DNA of 64,000 nt, taken from positions 124,001 to 188,000 of the forward strand of contig JAQGDQ010000101.1 of the NCBI GenBank assembly GCA_030141605.1, read 5' to 3'. The notes below the pieces were generated by a model, which did not search any database, was not told the DNA's origin, and saw only the letters and a program-made list of their open reading frames with translations. Of the stretch, positions 1 to 18,500 are shown in pieces. The position numbers and the translations under genes are program-made. The DNA comes from Tubiluchus corallicola. Its lineage: Eukaryota > Animalia > Priapulida. How positions within the stretch are numbered: the stretch's first letter is position 1; each line of letters starts with the position of its first letter.

Positions 1-308
1 ATTTCGTTTTTTGGAGGATATTTTAAAGTGTTTATCGCGCTGCTAAATTTTCGACGTCAAAACTGACAAATTCTTTGTTATAAACTGAAATTTAATATCC
101 TCACTCAATTTAGTTTTGTACATAAATTGAAGCAATTGTTTGCATAGAAGGTATGTAATTGTATTGCACTTTTTAGAGCGTGAGATGCGTTGAAATCAGC
201 CATGTTTCTGCATGTTTTCATTTTTCATGAACCTGCTCTTGTACCATTTCCTTCCATGAAACTTCCTTCGCATTTTGTCTCCTGCGCAGTTCTTTAGATA
301 AAAAGACG

Positions 309-380
309 GGACATGTGGCCGAATGGCTTACATTTCGGACTGCAACCACGCAGTCTTGAGTTGGATACTAGCAGCTGGAA
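309..380 (+). repeat. Degenerate tRNA-derived SINE head
   Basis: A-box-like TGGCCGAATGG and B-box-like GAGTTGGATAC at tRNA spacing; no complete cloverleaf. Confidence 0.5.
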
Positions 381-3300
381 ACGTCAGAACTTATACCCTA
401 CATGTTATATTTTGTTTGTGTGCTGCGTCCTTACCATTACTGTTGTAAGTGTAAGTCGCTAATAGGCGTTAGTGCTAATGTCGTCTGATAAACGAGCGAC
501 AGCAAATAAATCTTGTCTTTTGTCTTTTTTGAATTTGGGACAGTTACTGTCGGTCTGCATATTTATGAAATTTATAAAACGTGGGTCGGGTGACTCTGCA
601 GTAAGATAAACAATGCCTTGAAGGTTGCGGGGACATCTTGTCATCTCTAGGATCTCCTAATGTGAATTACCTCTTAAAAACGCTATTTGAAGGAACGTAG
701 AAACATTTTCTTTTGTATACGTCAAAAAACATTGCTACACAAAAATATGGCGGAACTTCAACATTGCCTAATATCGAGTCACCTTACAGAGGTCATGGTC
801 GACAAGTTATCTGAAGGTCAACATGTACGATATAGATACTCCAAAATGCGTAAAACTATAGCGCAACCAATAGTAACTTATACGATAATAGAGAGTCTGG
901 TTTTATAACATTTCCAAACTACGATGTGCGACATTTTCCTCTGTCTGAGCTTGCCAACGGTACCTAAATTAAATGAAGGTCAAACAACGACAGCGGCTAT
1001 TTAGTTGCTTTTGCCTTGCTGAAACAAAAGTTTTTAAGTGTCTATAAAGAATTTGCTTGACAGTATATTTTGATGCTATGTGACGCAATGTTTAAATAAT
1101 TATATTTTCAGCGATTCACTTCAAAAAGACCTTGCCATCAGGTGCTTTAAGTCAGCCATCATTTTTTACAAAGTGAACGTAGTATAACGTTAAAAACCCT
1201 GACATGTTAAATTACTTGTTAAATTTCCACATAAAGAAATTACCAGCATGTCTTTCTATATAGCCTGCGGTGCTAACTATTAATTAGGTGAGATGACATT
1301 CCTCTTACGCGTGTTGTTCAGAAGTAAGATTAAAGTAGCTGCTATTTCGATTCAAATATGAACTGCTATCGTCATACCTTTAAATGAGTACATTTTAATT
1401 AAAGTGACTTGCCAATAAACGTTTCCATGTTATATCGCACAAAGAGAGTAAACAAAATTTATGCTATCAATTACTTCATGTATCTTATGAACTATATATT
1501 CACCATATAGAACATTAAGTTTATATTTGCAATACAGACAGATCTGTTGGAAGGGGCAAGGTTTTTTGAGTTTGTTATCGTAAATCTGCTTTTGGGGGAG
1601 AAGGGGCTGTGTAAGTTTCCTGATATGTAGTTTAGAAAGTAAACAAAAGTATGGAAATACATAAGATCATAACCGGTTCCATATGGGACTGGTATTACAA
1701 GTTTTCAGCAATACAGTAGTACATTTTTCTACTGTAAATTTTTCCAAAGAATTACCACAATTTGTAATAATGCTCATTGGATTTTCGTGTTAATCAACTG
1801 GAGACATACAATAGTTTAATGACTTTCGCCTCTAGTTTTAATCTAAGATAGCTGCCAAGTTTTCTTAGATACTAAAATTTAAGGGTAAGTTGGATTGTCG
1901 CATTGCCCCGTACTTTTACACCCTCAGCTCAGTACTTTTGCACACTTTACGGAACGTAGTTATTTTAATTATGTATTCAAATTGTAAGTAGGCTTAGATA
2001 CGTGTCATTGTGTTTGCCTCTGTAAGCTTTTGCTTGTTTTTATTATTTTTATAATGATTGTTGTAATTTTGATCAGTGATAATAGTTCCTATGTGAACTA
2101 ATGTTTTCTGTAATTCAATATCGACTTTCAATAAACGACTTGCTTGCTTACTTGCTCAGTATTATTGGCAGCTAACATAAAAGTTTGTTTAATCAGTAAC
2201 GAAAGGTTGAATGATAAATGTGTGTGCTTAGCGACCGAAGTAAGTCAGTAAGCGAATAGATGACCACCGGAAAACTGGATGGGTGACCACCCGGGGCAGT
2301 TTCACCTCTTGCTATTTACCTCAGCTGTTACTCTCATAAAAAATGATATACACGCATCCGAACATAGCAAGATACTGCTGCCAAACCAGTATTTCAATTT
2401 AGAGGACTGGTTTTGTTGACAAACCAGATTCTGTTCTTACCACATTCGTCTACATTAATAATAAATAATTATTAAAATTACACATCATTGAACAATAAAC
2501 AGTGTTTCACTCAGAAAATGATAGTATATCCAATGATTCCACTGCTGTGAGCCATACTGCTATCATACAATATATTTGAATTTATAATTAAAAACGTTAG
2601 CTGTAATTAATTACATAAATACACAAAACTTTACATTCATCTTACACAGTTCTGAATACTTAAACATTACAAAAAATGTTTTTACATATTAAATACGTGA
2701 AATTGAAATTTAGTGGTTTGTTGGTATTTTGCGTTGGCGTTTGAGTTTTTGTGCGTAGTGGGTTTTAATGCTGGAAGCCTGGAATGTAAAATTGCTAATT
2801 GCCTAATTGTGTAATTCACATTAGGTAAAACGGAGGCTATAGTGAAATTTTCTAGCAAATCGATCAATTTTTCAGGTCAACCGTTCTTTTTCAAATTAGA
2901 CAAACATGCAAATTACGACCTCGAGACTGCTAGACTATTAATTGACACGACTGACAAAGTGTTTACATGCTTGTGACGTTACTTGGCAGATATCATCTAT
3001 CATTACCCTGAACCTTTTAATTAATGTGTCAATAGTAAAAGTTGAAAACTCTTTCATTTTCACTTGTTCTTGCTGCTTAATTGTTTTCTGATAGGAGTCT
3101 GCTTCAAAATAGGTTTCGAGTTTGCAATAAGACGGCAAAAAATGACATTTTACGAATGTTTGTGATACATTTGCTGTTTGACCCTTTCATAGCTACACAA
3201 CGGTGTATTTTCGAATTTTTATCAATAATATGAATATGAAGTTATTAGAGCACCCCTAGAGCTCTAGAGAGGAAATTACTTTTCTCTTAACCCAAAAAGA

Positions 3301-4236
3301 AAAAATGAAATTGCTTCTTATACTGTGATAGGATCTGAATGACCCTAGAAGGATTTTACTGCCTCAAAACGTTATTGTTATAGCTCTCGGGTTAAGCTAA
3401 CTTATGTGATGCAAGACATGTTTTAAAACTATAACCTTAAATATTTGTAGATTAAAACATATATTTAGATAAGTATTGACATTAAAACAGTAAAGAGGCT
3501 GTAATAACAGCCATGATAACTGTAATAAATCTACCATTATAGTAGCTTATGGCAGAACAAAACGTACTCCAAAAGTTTAAAGTAATGCAAGGAAAATAAA
3601 ATCGTTTGTAGTATAATTTCTGGTTGCTCAATAAATTTGACGCAGCAATATGTCTAGCTACATCAAGTGTTTTAGCTTTGATAGGTCATTATACATTTTG
3701 CAGCATCTACACATCACATATTGCTACCACTACGGCTTAACAATGAACTGTGAGATCTAATCTGAAAATTTATTATTTGATTTAAGATTTAAATCAACAC
3801 TACGCCCTATTTGTTCGGCACATTGACATTTGTGATTAATCTGATAATGTCACTTTAGCTTATTAGCGTAGTAACATTGAACTACTCTCATCTGATCTTG
3901 ACATTGTCAAGAAGTTCGTTGCTTTGCTTACACGAAGTTCCCCGTTTCTTATTAAACTTTCAAATAAACTAAACTGATCAGCTAGATTTAATAAATTTGA
4001 CAAGTAAAGTGCTATTAGCAACGTAAATTTTATAAATGCGGAGTGATACATCACGTGAGAGTGCTCTCCTGAGACATCTCATGTTATTAACACCAAAGAA
4101 GTTGAATGCTCTTCACTAGTTTCAAACAGATTTTTATCCAGTTTTTTTCAGAAGACTTTCGCACTTTGTATCTTTCAGCTGATAAGATTTTATTCGTGTT
4201 AATCGGAAGTGGTGCTGACAAGCCACTGGCGTAGCA

Positions 4237-4282
4237 GTGTCTAGTTTTTTCCTGGTTTACTGCTGCGTTTACCTGTCTGAAG
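4237..4282 (+). CDS. Candidate first (signal peptide) exon of the chitin deacetylase-like gene
   Basis: GTG TCT...TCT GAA G|gtcaga is phase 1 and joins exon 5043 to give (V)SSFFLVYCCVYLSEVWC-LPAEIREKR, which looks like a signal peptide plus furin-type site, but there is no in-frame ATG. Confidence 0.4.
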
Positions 4283-5042
4283 GTCAGATTTCTTTTATTT
4301 TAGAATTCTACCTGTCCAATGTCTACAATAGACGTGACGGGCGTATGATGATGATAATTGGTAGATACGAACGTTTATTTTTTTGTTTGTATTGTATACA
4401 GTTGTATTTCAGTATAGCTTTATTGTAGTGTGATGTAATGTTTTTATGCTTCATTTGTATGGTTTTTATGCTAAAATAATCTAATTTGATCTAATCTAAT
4501 CTTCGCAATTATTAGCGATATTTAAAAAAACGATAAGAGTGTTTTTAAATCGCTTTTCATCACATCTATAAAAATGCAACTGAGGACGTATGTATATTAT
4601 TCTATGATTTTTCCGTGTGTAAACTGAGCCATTTAGGCCTATATAATATACGGTCCCTTCTTTGCATGGAAAATTGTTTTATAAGGAACAGGATGAAGAC
4701 TATGCGTAAGCCATTTCTCCCAACATGACCAGTGTTCTGGCTATAAATCGACCAGCGGTATACTCTTACTCACTAAATGAATTTTTTTGGCTCTACTAAC
4801 AATTCTCATCCATCGTATACTCGTAAATTATCACTTTGCTCCTACTGTAAATGCCATAATTTTTAATAATTTTTTAAATGTAACGAGCGACTATGAAACA
4901 CTCATAATAACCAGCCAACTAGAAGGACTGGATACAGATCTTACACTTGACTAGTCATCCCGTGATACACAAATAAATCCAGTCACATACCAGCGGAATC
5001 AGTATAGTATGAATGCAGCTAACTGACTATTTTTTATTTTAG

Positions 5043-11366
<6,324 letters not shown>

Positions 11367-13374
11367 TTTAATGGCAGTTCTTCTTGCAACAAGTCGTCCA
11401 TTTGCCATCGTATTTCAGCCTTTGACTTATATGTAAGCAGCTTTGAAAGTTGTTGCACTTGTTAACTTGGGCACAAATCAAAAACTAGTTCCATGTTGAT
11501 CATGTAACTTCATTCGGCATTAGGAATCGGCCACCCAAGCTTTTCCAACTGTGCAGCATATCTTTCGGGTTAAAGAGCATTAGTGAGTGTTTATCAGACT
11601 TTAATTTCTGTGACAAATTTTAGAATCACATCTGTAATCTTTAATTGCTAATTATCCATGGAAAACTTAGCATAAATACTGTTATGCATAACGTTACCAC
11701 TCACTCAAGTGTAAACGTTTTTATCTGGCCACAAAGTCTCAGGTAACAAGTGCTATAAGCCAAACTATTATAAATCTACTATAATCCAGTATTGCGCACC
11801 AGTAATTTCATTTGAAACAATGATTTTAACAGAAGACCGAACAGTTTTAATTTCACACATTTCTTTCACTAACAACTTTCAGTCCAGGTTTCAAATTGCC
11901 TTTTAGCGATTTCACTAAAGATTATTTTTTCACTTCTGCTCAATAAATGTTGTAAATAAATAATTATATTTTTATAATTATTGTAAACAGTATTCGAGAT
12001 ATAATCGCTCAATGTTCAGACTGATGCGCTTGTAAAAAGCTAATGCTTAAAGTAATTATATAATTTCGGAACTCTATTTACCTAAAATCCTAGACCGATA
12101 CTGTGTGAACGTTTTTTAGTTCAAATACATCAATGCAAGCCTGAAGTCCGGTCAGTGAACTTCAAAAAATCAATTTTCTAAATTATACTTATTTTAATTA
12201 ACAAACAAATTTTACAATGGAGATCTGACGAAAATAATTTAACTACACTAATCTCTTCATTTCGCCAATTGATTTTCCTGTATGTATTACCTGTTACATC
12301 CAAAAGATGTTTTACCATTTCTTCTCATAGTATTTATACGTGTAATTATAATGTAATTGTGTTGTAATTACGTATTATTTTTACAATTTGTAAAAAGAAA
12401 CGACAGTAGAATAGATTTTAAAAAAAAATCCTAATTAACATTAATAGTTCTCTTATGTGTTTTCATTTCATGAGATTTTTGCTCAAGGTGCTACAATTCA
12501 TCATTCTTTGCATTTAACTAAAAAAGTTACTATCATCATCATCGTCATCATCTGTGTGCTTAATGTACAGTCATGTGCTATACTAACATTATACGTTTAT
12601 TACAAAAGAGTTACAGTACAGGCAAATGCATATTGTAATACTGAAATGTGACTTTTTTCATATAGTAAACAACAACAATAATTACAGACAACCGCCCACG
12701 AAGAATGATTCATTTATCATACTAGTAAAACCTTTTACATAAAAATTCATAATACGAGTTCAGATTCTTTCAAGAATTATATCATTATATCACGCATTTT
12801 TATTCTTATATTCATTAAATCAAAAGTTCGTGTATTTTTGCCAAACAGAATTAAGAGATTTAACACGTAAAAACGTACATGTATTGTTTTACGATTATGA
12901 TGATTGTACGATTAATTATCATGCATAGAACATTATTTTTCACGGTAGGCTGGGCAAGCATCAAATTTAGTCACTCAATTAGTCAGTATTCTGCAAATCA
13001 CTGCAATGGTGGTCAGCTCGAATTCTAAGAATCTCAGAAAATGTTTCTGATTCAGTTAAGTGCAAAAGAAACTTCCACTTCTCTTGTACTTGAACTTACG
13101 CTTTCAGAAATTCGGGTTTGTTACAACACTCCTCCACTGGGTTAAAATCTCTAACGTTTCGTTGTTAAGCACCTGTTTCTATCAACTACTATGCTCCTTT
13201 TCCCGCCTGTCCTCGCCTGCTAAGATACTGACATTTTGTCCTCAAGAACTTACTTGAAGTCAGATTTTGTGCGGTTCCCTGGCGAGAAATTTGTTCATCC
13301 TCGTTTTTCTTTCATGTTGCACAACGCTTCGTCTTCAAACTAACTCGAACAACCTTGTCACTGCACTGGCATGG

Positions 13375-14124
13375 TTATCTTGTGCATTCACAACAAAATG
13401 TCACTGATCTTTCTTCGAAAATCCAATTTTTCTCCAATATTGACAATTGTCTTAATTTATTCAAACCGAATTCTGGCACAGCGTCAGGAGCACACGAATC
13501 GCTTCTTCTTTTTAAGATATTAACTGTAAACGCTTTTGGAATGCATTTGAAGTGCCCAAACCAACAAGAAGACCCAATGCACTCCACTTGTCTTAAATAT
13601 CTGGGAAAGCGGTCGGGTCCAAGATCTTTCCAAACTATTCTGGATTCACAATTCCACAAATCAGCTCCCGATGTCTCCCTTTTGCCACGTCGACTAGAAT
13701 TTCGGAACTCACTCTCAACTTTTACCTTATCTCCTGTGACATGTCCAAAATATCTCAAATAATGTTTTCGTGGCAAGTCCCTAGAGAAGTCACCTGGTAC
13801 AGAAAACTTCCCGTGACCTTTGTGATGTCTGGATCTGCTTGCCTTCGCGTCTCTCATCGCTGTCGTTCCCTCTGTAGAACTTTTTATTTCCTCTTCCGGT
13901 GGTGCTTCCACAGACATATAACGATAGTTAAACGCTGGACCTAAAAGATCTTTTAAATGCTCAGAAGATGCCGGTGGACACTCAACTTTTACTGCTGCGT
14001 GCTCGCCATGGCCACGTCCATCGTCACGTGGCTGTGCCTTCGTCTTTTTCTTCGCTGAAGGTCGACAAAACGCTAGAGAGAAAAGCAGGATTGCCAGAAA
14101 AACTGCCTTTTCAAAAGCAGCCAT
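13375..14124 (-). CDS. trk: Trunk/PTTH-family (noggin-related) secreted cystine-knot ligand, single coding exon
   Basis: First ATG at 14124 (MAAFEKAVFLAILLFSLAFC, signal peptide); LLGPAFNYRYMS N-terminal motif; RRGKR furin-type site; C-terminal WNCESRIVWKDLGPDRFPRYLRQVEC...CWFGHFKCIPKAFTVNILKRR...WIFEERSVTFCCEC matches the Trunk pattern better than canonical Noggin. Confidence 0.88.
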   Translation of the reverse strand: MAAFEKAVFLAILLFSLAFCRPSAKKKTKAQPRDDGRGHGEHAAVKVECPPASSEHLKDLLGPAFNYRYMSVEAPPEEEIKSSTEGTTAMRDAKASRSRHHKGHGKFSVPGDFSRDLPRKHYLRYFGHVTGDKVKVESEFRNSSRRGKRETSGADLWNCESRIVWKDLGPDRFPRYLRQVECIGSSCWFGHFKCIPKAFTVNILKRRSDSCAPDAVPEFGLNKLRQLSILEKNWIFEERSVTFCCECTR

Positions 14125-15596
14125 AATCCAGTAAAACTCGAGCCATCTCACTTAATAAAGAGTTTGCTAACTTCACTGTCACTTTGACACTGCCAGAAAT
14201 GGTGCGTTCTTTCGCATAATGCCTAACAAGTCTATCAAATATCAACTCAGTCACTCATTTTAAACCATTAACAACTAATTTTAACCACAGAACTTCCAAA
14301 AACAGGACCATCCTCTAATTACGTCTGCTGTAACTGAAATTGAAACTCGCGATTGAGACACCCACAGCAACTGTTCATTTAACCATCACTGCACAGTAAG
14401 CATGGGTTAAGAAATGGTCAATCTAACCAGAGTGCTACTTCATATCATGAGAAACAGGCAACAGACGCTATATTACAAAAATACCCGACGAGAACAGACA
14501 CTTTCTCTTTGTAGTCACACGCACCTAGTTATCGTACTCATTTGTATTAGGATGACAAAATAAAAGCAAACCTCACTTCACAGGTAGAAAGCAAAACCAC
14601 CTCTTTGCATGGAAAACAGGTTGACAATGAGCTTGTTTTGGAGTCGCCTGCAGTTAATTAGCACATCTGATAAATAGCAGATCAAGGAGAATAGAACATT
14701 TGTCGCAGTAAACAAACAGCAGACAATAAAATACAACTCTATGTGATAATTAACAGACTAAGGATGATTTTCGCTTATTTTGCGTCAGTGTACTAATAAT
14801 AGTGAAAAAAGAGTAAAGCAATATTTTTTACTACAGCATTCCGCGGTAGAATTCCGGATATTCTAAGTGAAAATGAAAAAGAGCAAACAAACAAAGGAAA
14901 ACAGTCTTTTCCTGTGTCACACTTTGTATTTTTCGCGCTATTTGTTATTATTATTATCATCATCATCATCGTTATTAAAAGTTTTATTTCACATTTTTCC
15001 TTAGTCAGTGTCCTTAAGTCCGTTGGAAGAATGCACGCAAGAAAAGAAACGTTTAGGCTATTAATTCTGTTAGTCAGGCCCGCATCTCTGCTTGTTTCAC
15101 GGTTCTTTACAATCCCTACTACCCCTAGAGATTATTTACAGTCAACACGTTTATAACTGAAATTGGATTGAAATTGTTGCTTTGCGCCATCTACACAGTA
15201 AAACTGCAAACTCTGAGAATGTACCATACACGACGCACGCACACGTAAACACGTGTTCAACTATACATACTGTACATTTTGGCGCTTAGTGTGGCGGAGT
15301 GTTTCTACAAAAATTGAATCTCAGAAATTATTCTTAATGAATGTCGATGCATGGGGAAAGTTGCCTCATTTTACGTTTAGGTTATAGAAGGCAATTTGTT
15401 GTGCAAATAAAGAAAGTACACAAGTCGCCATTCATGCAAAACAAACAGGTTTGATAAGATTAAGTTTTCTACCACTATTAACTGTGCGTAACGCCGGTAA
15501 CAAGTCTGTTACAAAAGGACCGCTGAAAGCTTCTGCGCGGTATTTAAATCTGTGTGTTACCAACGCACTACCTAAAGTCTTGCAAGAGTTACCAAA

Positions 15597-18500
15597 ATGG
15601 ACATGAATTGGCCAACATTGAAGCTGGACGATGTCACTTTGGCAAATGAGGTAAAAACGTGTATATTATAATTTAGTCGTACAACGTGCTGCAAACAGGC
15701 CGTATATACCCTATATTATAATAGCAATATTTTAGTTTTTGTCTCACAAACCTTCAAGTAATTTGGTTAATACTAGCTGCACGAACCCTTATGCAGACAG
15801 TTTTCAGTTTTGCTTAGTTAATATTTTAAATTATTTTATCCAAGAATTGGTTCAAAACTATAAATTTGCAGCAAACTATTTATTAATTATTATATTTACA
15901 GACCTATAAACTGAAAAGAAGAGCCATTTGGTTTTATTTTTGGTCATTCCCACAGATTACTTGGTTGTTGAAAGTTGTTACACAAAGAACAGGTGCTGTA
16001 ATTGCAGCCTTGTGAAATCATGTAAGGCCTAGTTAGTCTGGCTACTGTAGCCAGCGATAAACTGTAAACCTAAAATTTGTTGGTTTTGTATCTTGTTGTT
16101 ACTGTCAAATGTCAACAATTTAGTCACACATCATATTTTAATTTTCCCTTTCACAGTTTTGCAAACATTCATGAAAGGTTTCTGTTGTTAGGAAATTTTT
16201 TCCAGAAGCAGACCTGCCAACTCATGCACAAGGACGAGATGATTCCCAGGCTTTCTATATTTCACGCTCACTTTTACATCAAGTGTTTGGCAGGTCTGCA
16301 ACTGTGTTATCATTTCAGCTGTTATTAAATTTTTAAGCTAAATTAATGTTTAATTGCCAGAAACATTTTTGGGTTATTTGCAATGTATATTTTAAACCTT
16401 AGATCAAAATAAGATCTGGCCTGTAAAGTAATCCTATTTCCCTTTGGGTCATGCAGTTCTTCACGTAAATATCACATCAGTACCAAATTTAGGCAGTTTA
16501 GCAATATACAGTCTGGTTCAAATATACAATATCTGGTTCAAATATAGTCTGCATTCCAACTTTTCACATTTCATGCCTTTCAAGTTTGGCACATCAAACT
16601 TTTGTTAACTGTGGGCATAGTAATATCATGTAAAAAGGAATATTCTTGCAATGCATAAAGATGTAATTATCAAAATAATAATTAGATTTCCTACCAGCTT
16701 GTCATGGTATGGCAAATTTTGAGCACAGTTTTGTGAATCCAGGTTTATCATGTATGTAAATAAAAGCTAATAGCATTAGATAACAAGCATTTAACTTGAC
16801 TTAGATAGATAAGCAAGTAGTTAGATAGGTAAGTGCCGCCGTATTGTAAACAGATAATATTTGTAAAAATAGTGTTATAGTGCAAAATGCGGCTGTGATA
16901 TTTACACCACGGATTCATCACGTAAAGTGATAATGGGCTTTTAATGTATTTGTGTTTTATCAAACTTATCACGCGACGTGTATGTCCATTATGACATAAA
17001 TTAAACATTGCTCAGTCTGTCTAAAATATAATTAGCTAAATTAGTCTTTGTTTTGCCAAGTTGCTGTTCAGTGATACTATAATTATTATGAGAAATGTTA
17101 AGTGCTGTAGTAATTTTTGTTATCATAATTTTGATATAATGAATTAACCAATGTATTTTTTGTCATTATTTTGAATTATTAAAAGATATGGACCACCATC
17201 CATTGCATTACAATGATGTTATCCAATCCCTCACCACCTACCAGCCCCTTAAATGATATCTTACCAATGTAGCTTTTTGTACAATTTACTCTTCTTCCTT
17301 CCGTTGACGGGCAAAATGGCTGCACCCGTGTAGCAGCCTCTGCTGCTGGCATGCATGTGTGAAAAAAGCGCGAATTCAGATAATAATGTCATGACTAAAT
17401 CACCTACCTACCTTGCGTTATAATGGTGCTATCACATCTCCTGCCACTTAGCTACCCTAAAGTGGATATCGCTATATGTAGATGGTTCCATAAAGATTTG
17501 TTGGTTATTGCGGAATGTTTAACAAATTAGATAAATGTATTTCAACTAAAACGCTCTGCATTTAGAATCATTTCTAAATTCTGTTGCACGATTCCTAATG
17601 TAATAAAAGCGATAATTTTATTTTTAAGATAGAAAAGCATGTGGAAGGATTTCGACTTTCAGACGAAACCTTGCAGAAAGTACAGCAGATATTTCTTAAT
17701 GAAATGGAACTGGGTTTAAGCAAAGACAAGGAGACGAGGCAGCAGTCATCTCTGGTTATGGAAAACACATACCTTCGTGACACCATTCATGGAAAAGGTA
17801 CACTGTTACTGTAAAATTCTTAATTAAAATGATTGGTAAATTACTCTTCGTGAAGGCCTAAAAATATTAGAAATGAAAACCTGACTTAGGTGTACTTATA
17901 ACAGTGGTTCCCATAGTAGGGGTAAATTACCCCCCGGGGGTAATATGGTTTTTTTGGGGGGGTAACGGGCACCCGAAAATTTTTAAAACTTCGCTCGGAA
18001 TGCATTTTACGTAGTTTTCTTCTTGAAGAGACTGCCTCCGGCAGGCAACACTGTGTCATGGGGTCCCTCATTTGGATCAATTCATCGAAACTAACGAGCA
18101 AGGTGAAGAACTGCTGGAACATGTAAAGCTGGAAATAGTTGAACACCTCAACGAGCTCGTCCAAAACTTGGAACGGTAATTCCCGGACCTGGAAACAAGA
18201 TCCTTACAGTGGTGCGTACAGCCCTTTTTGGCGGAGGATGGTCAAATTGAAGACGACGATTTCCCAGCTAAAGAAGAGTGGATTGAACTGAGGCTCAACG
18301 AGGAAAACAAAATGAAATTCCAGCAGCAGAACCTGGAAGAGTTCTGGATAGGAGAGATGGCCAGTTCACCAGTCCTTGCAGAACGGGCATTGAATATTCT
18401 CACGTGTTTTTCAACAACGTATCTGTGTGAACAAGGTTTTTCGTCCATAATGAACATGAAAACAAAGAAAAGAAATAGGTTGGACGTGGCACGCGTTGCT

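Noticed and set aside
309-380. Functional tRNA gene
   Set aside because: B box is degenerate and acceptor and T stems do not pair; treated as a SINE remnant.
13355-13944. Plus-strand ORFs overlapping the trunk-like gene
   Set aside because: Antisense shadows without recognisable domains.
13375-14151. Calling the gene canonical noggin, and the ORF-track start at 14151
   Set aside because: The CWFGHFKC and WIFEERSVTFCCEC motifs plus the furin site fit Trunk better; 14151 is a GTG and the first ATG with a signal peptide is 14124.
15225-15260. Carbohydrate response element upstream of hexokinase
   Set aside because: Only one perfect CACGTG; neighbouring CACG motifs lack the two-E-box, 5-nt spacing.
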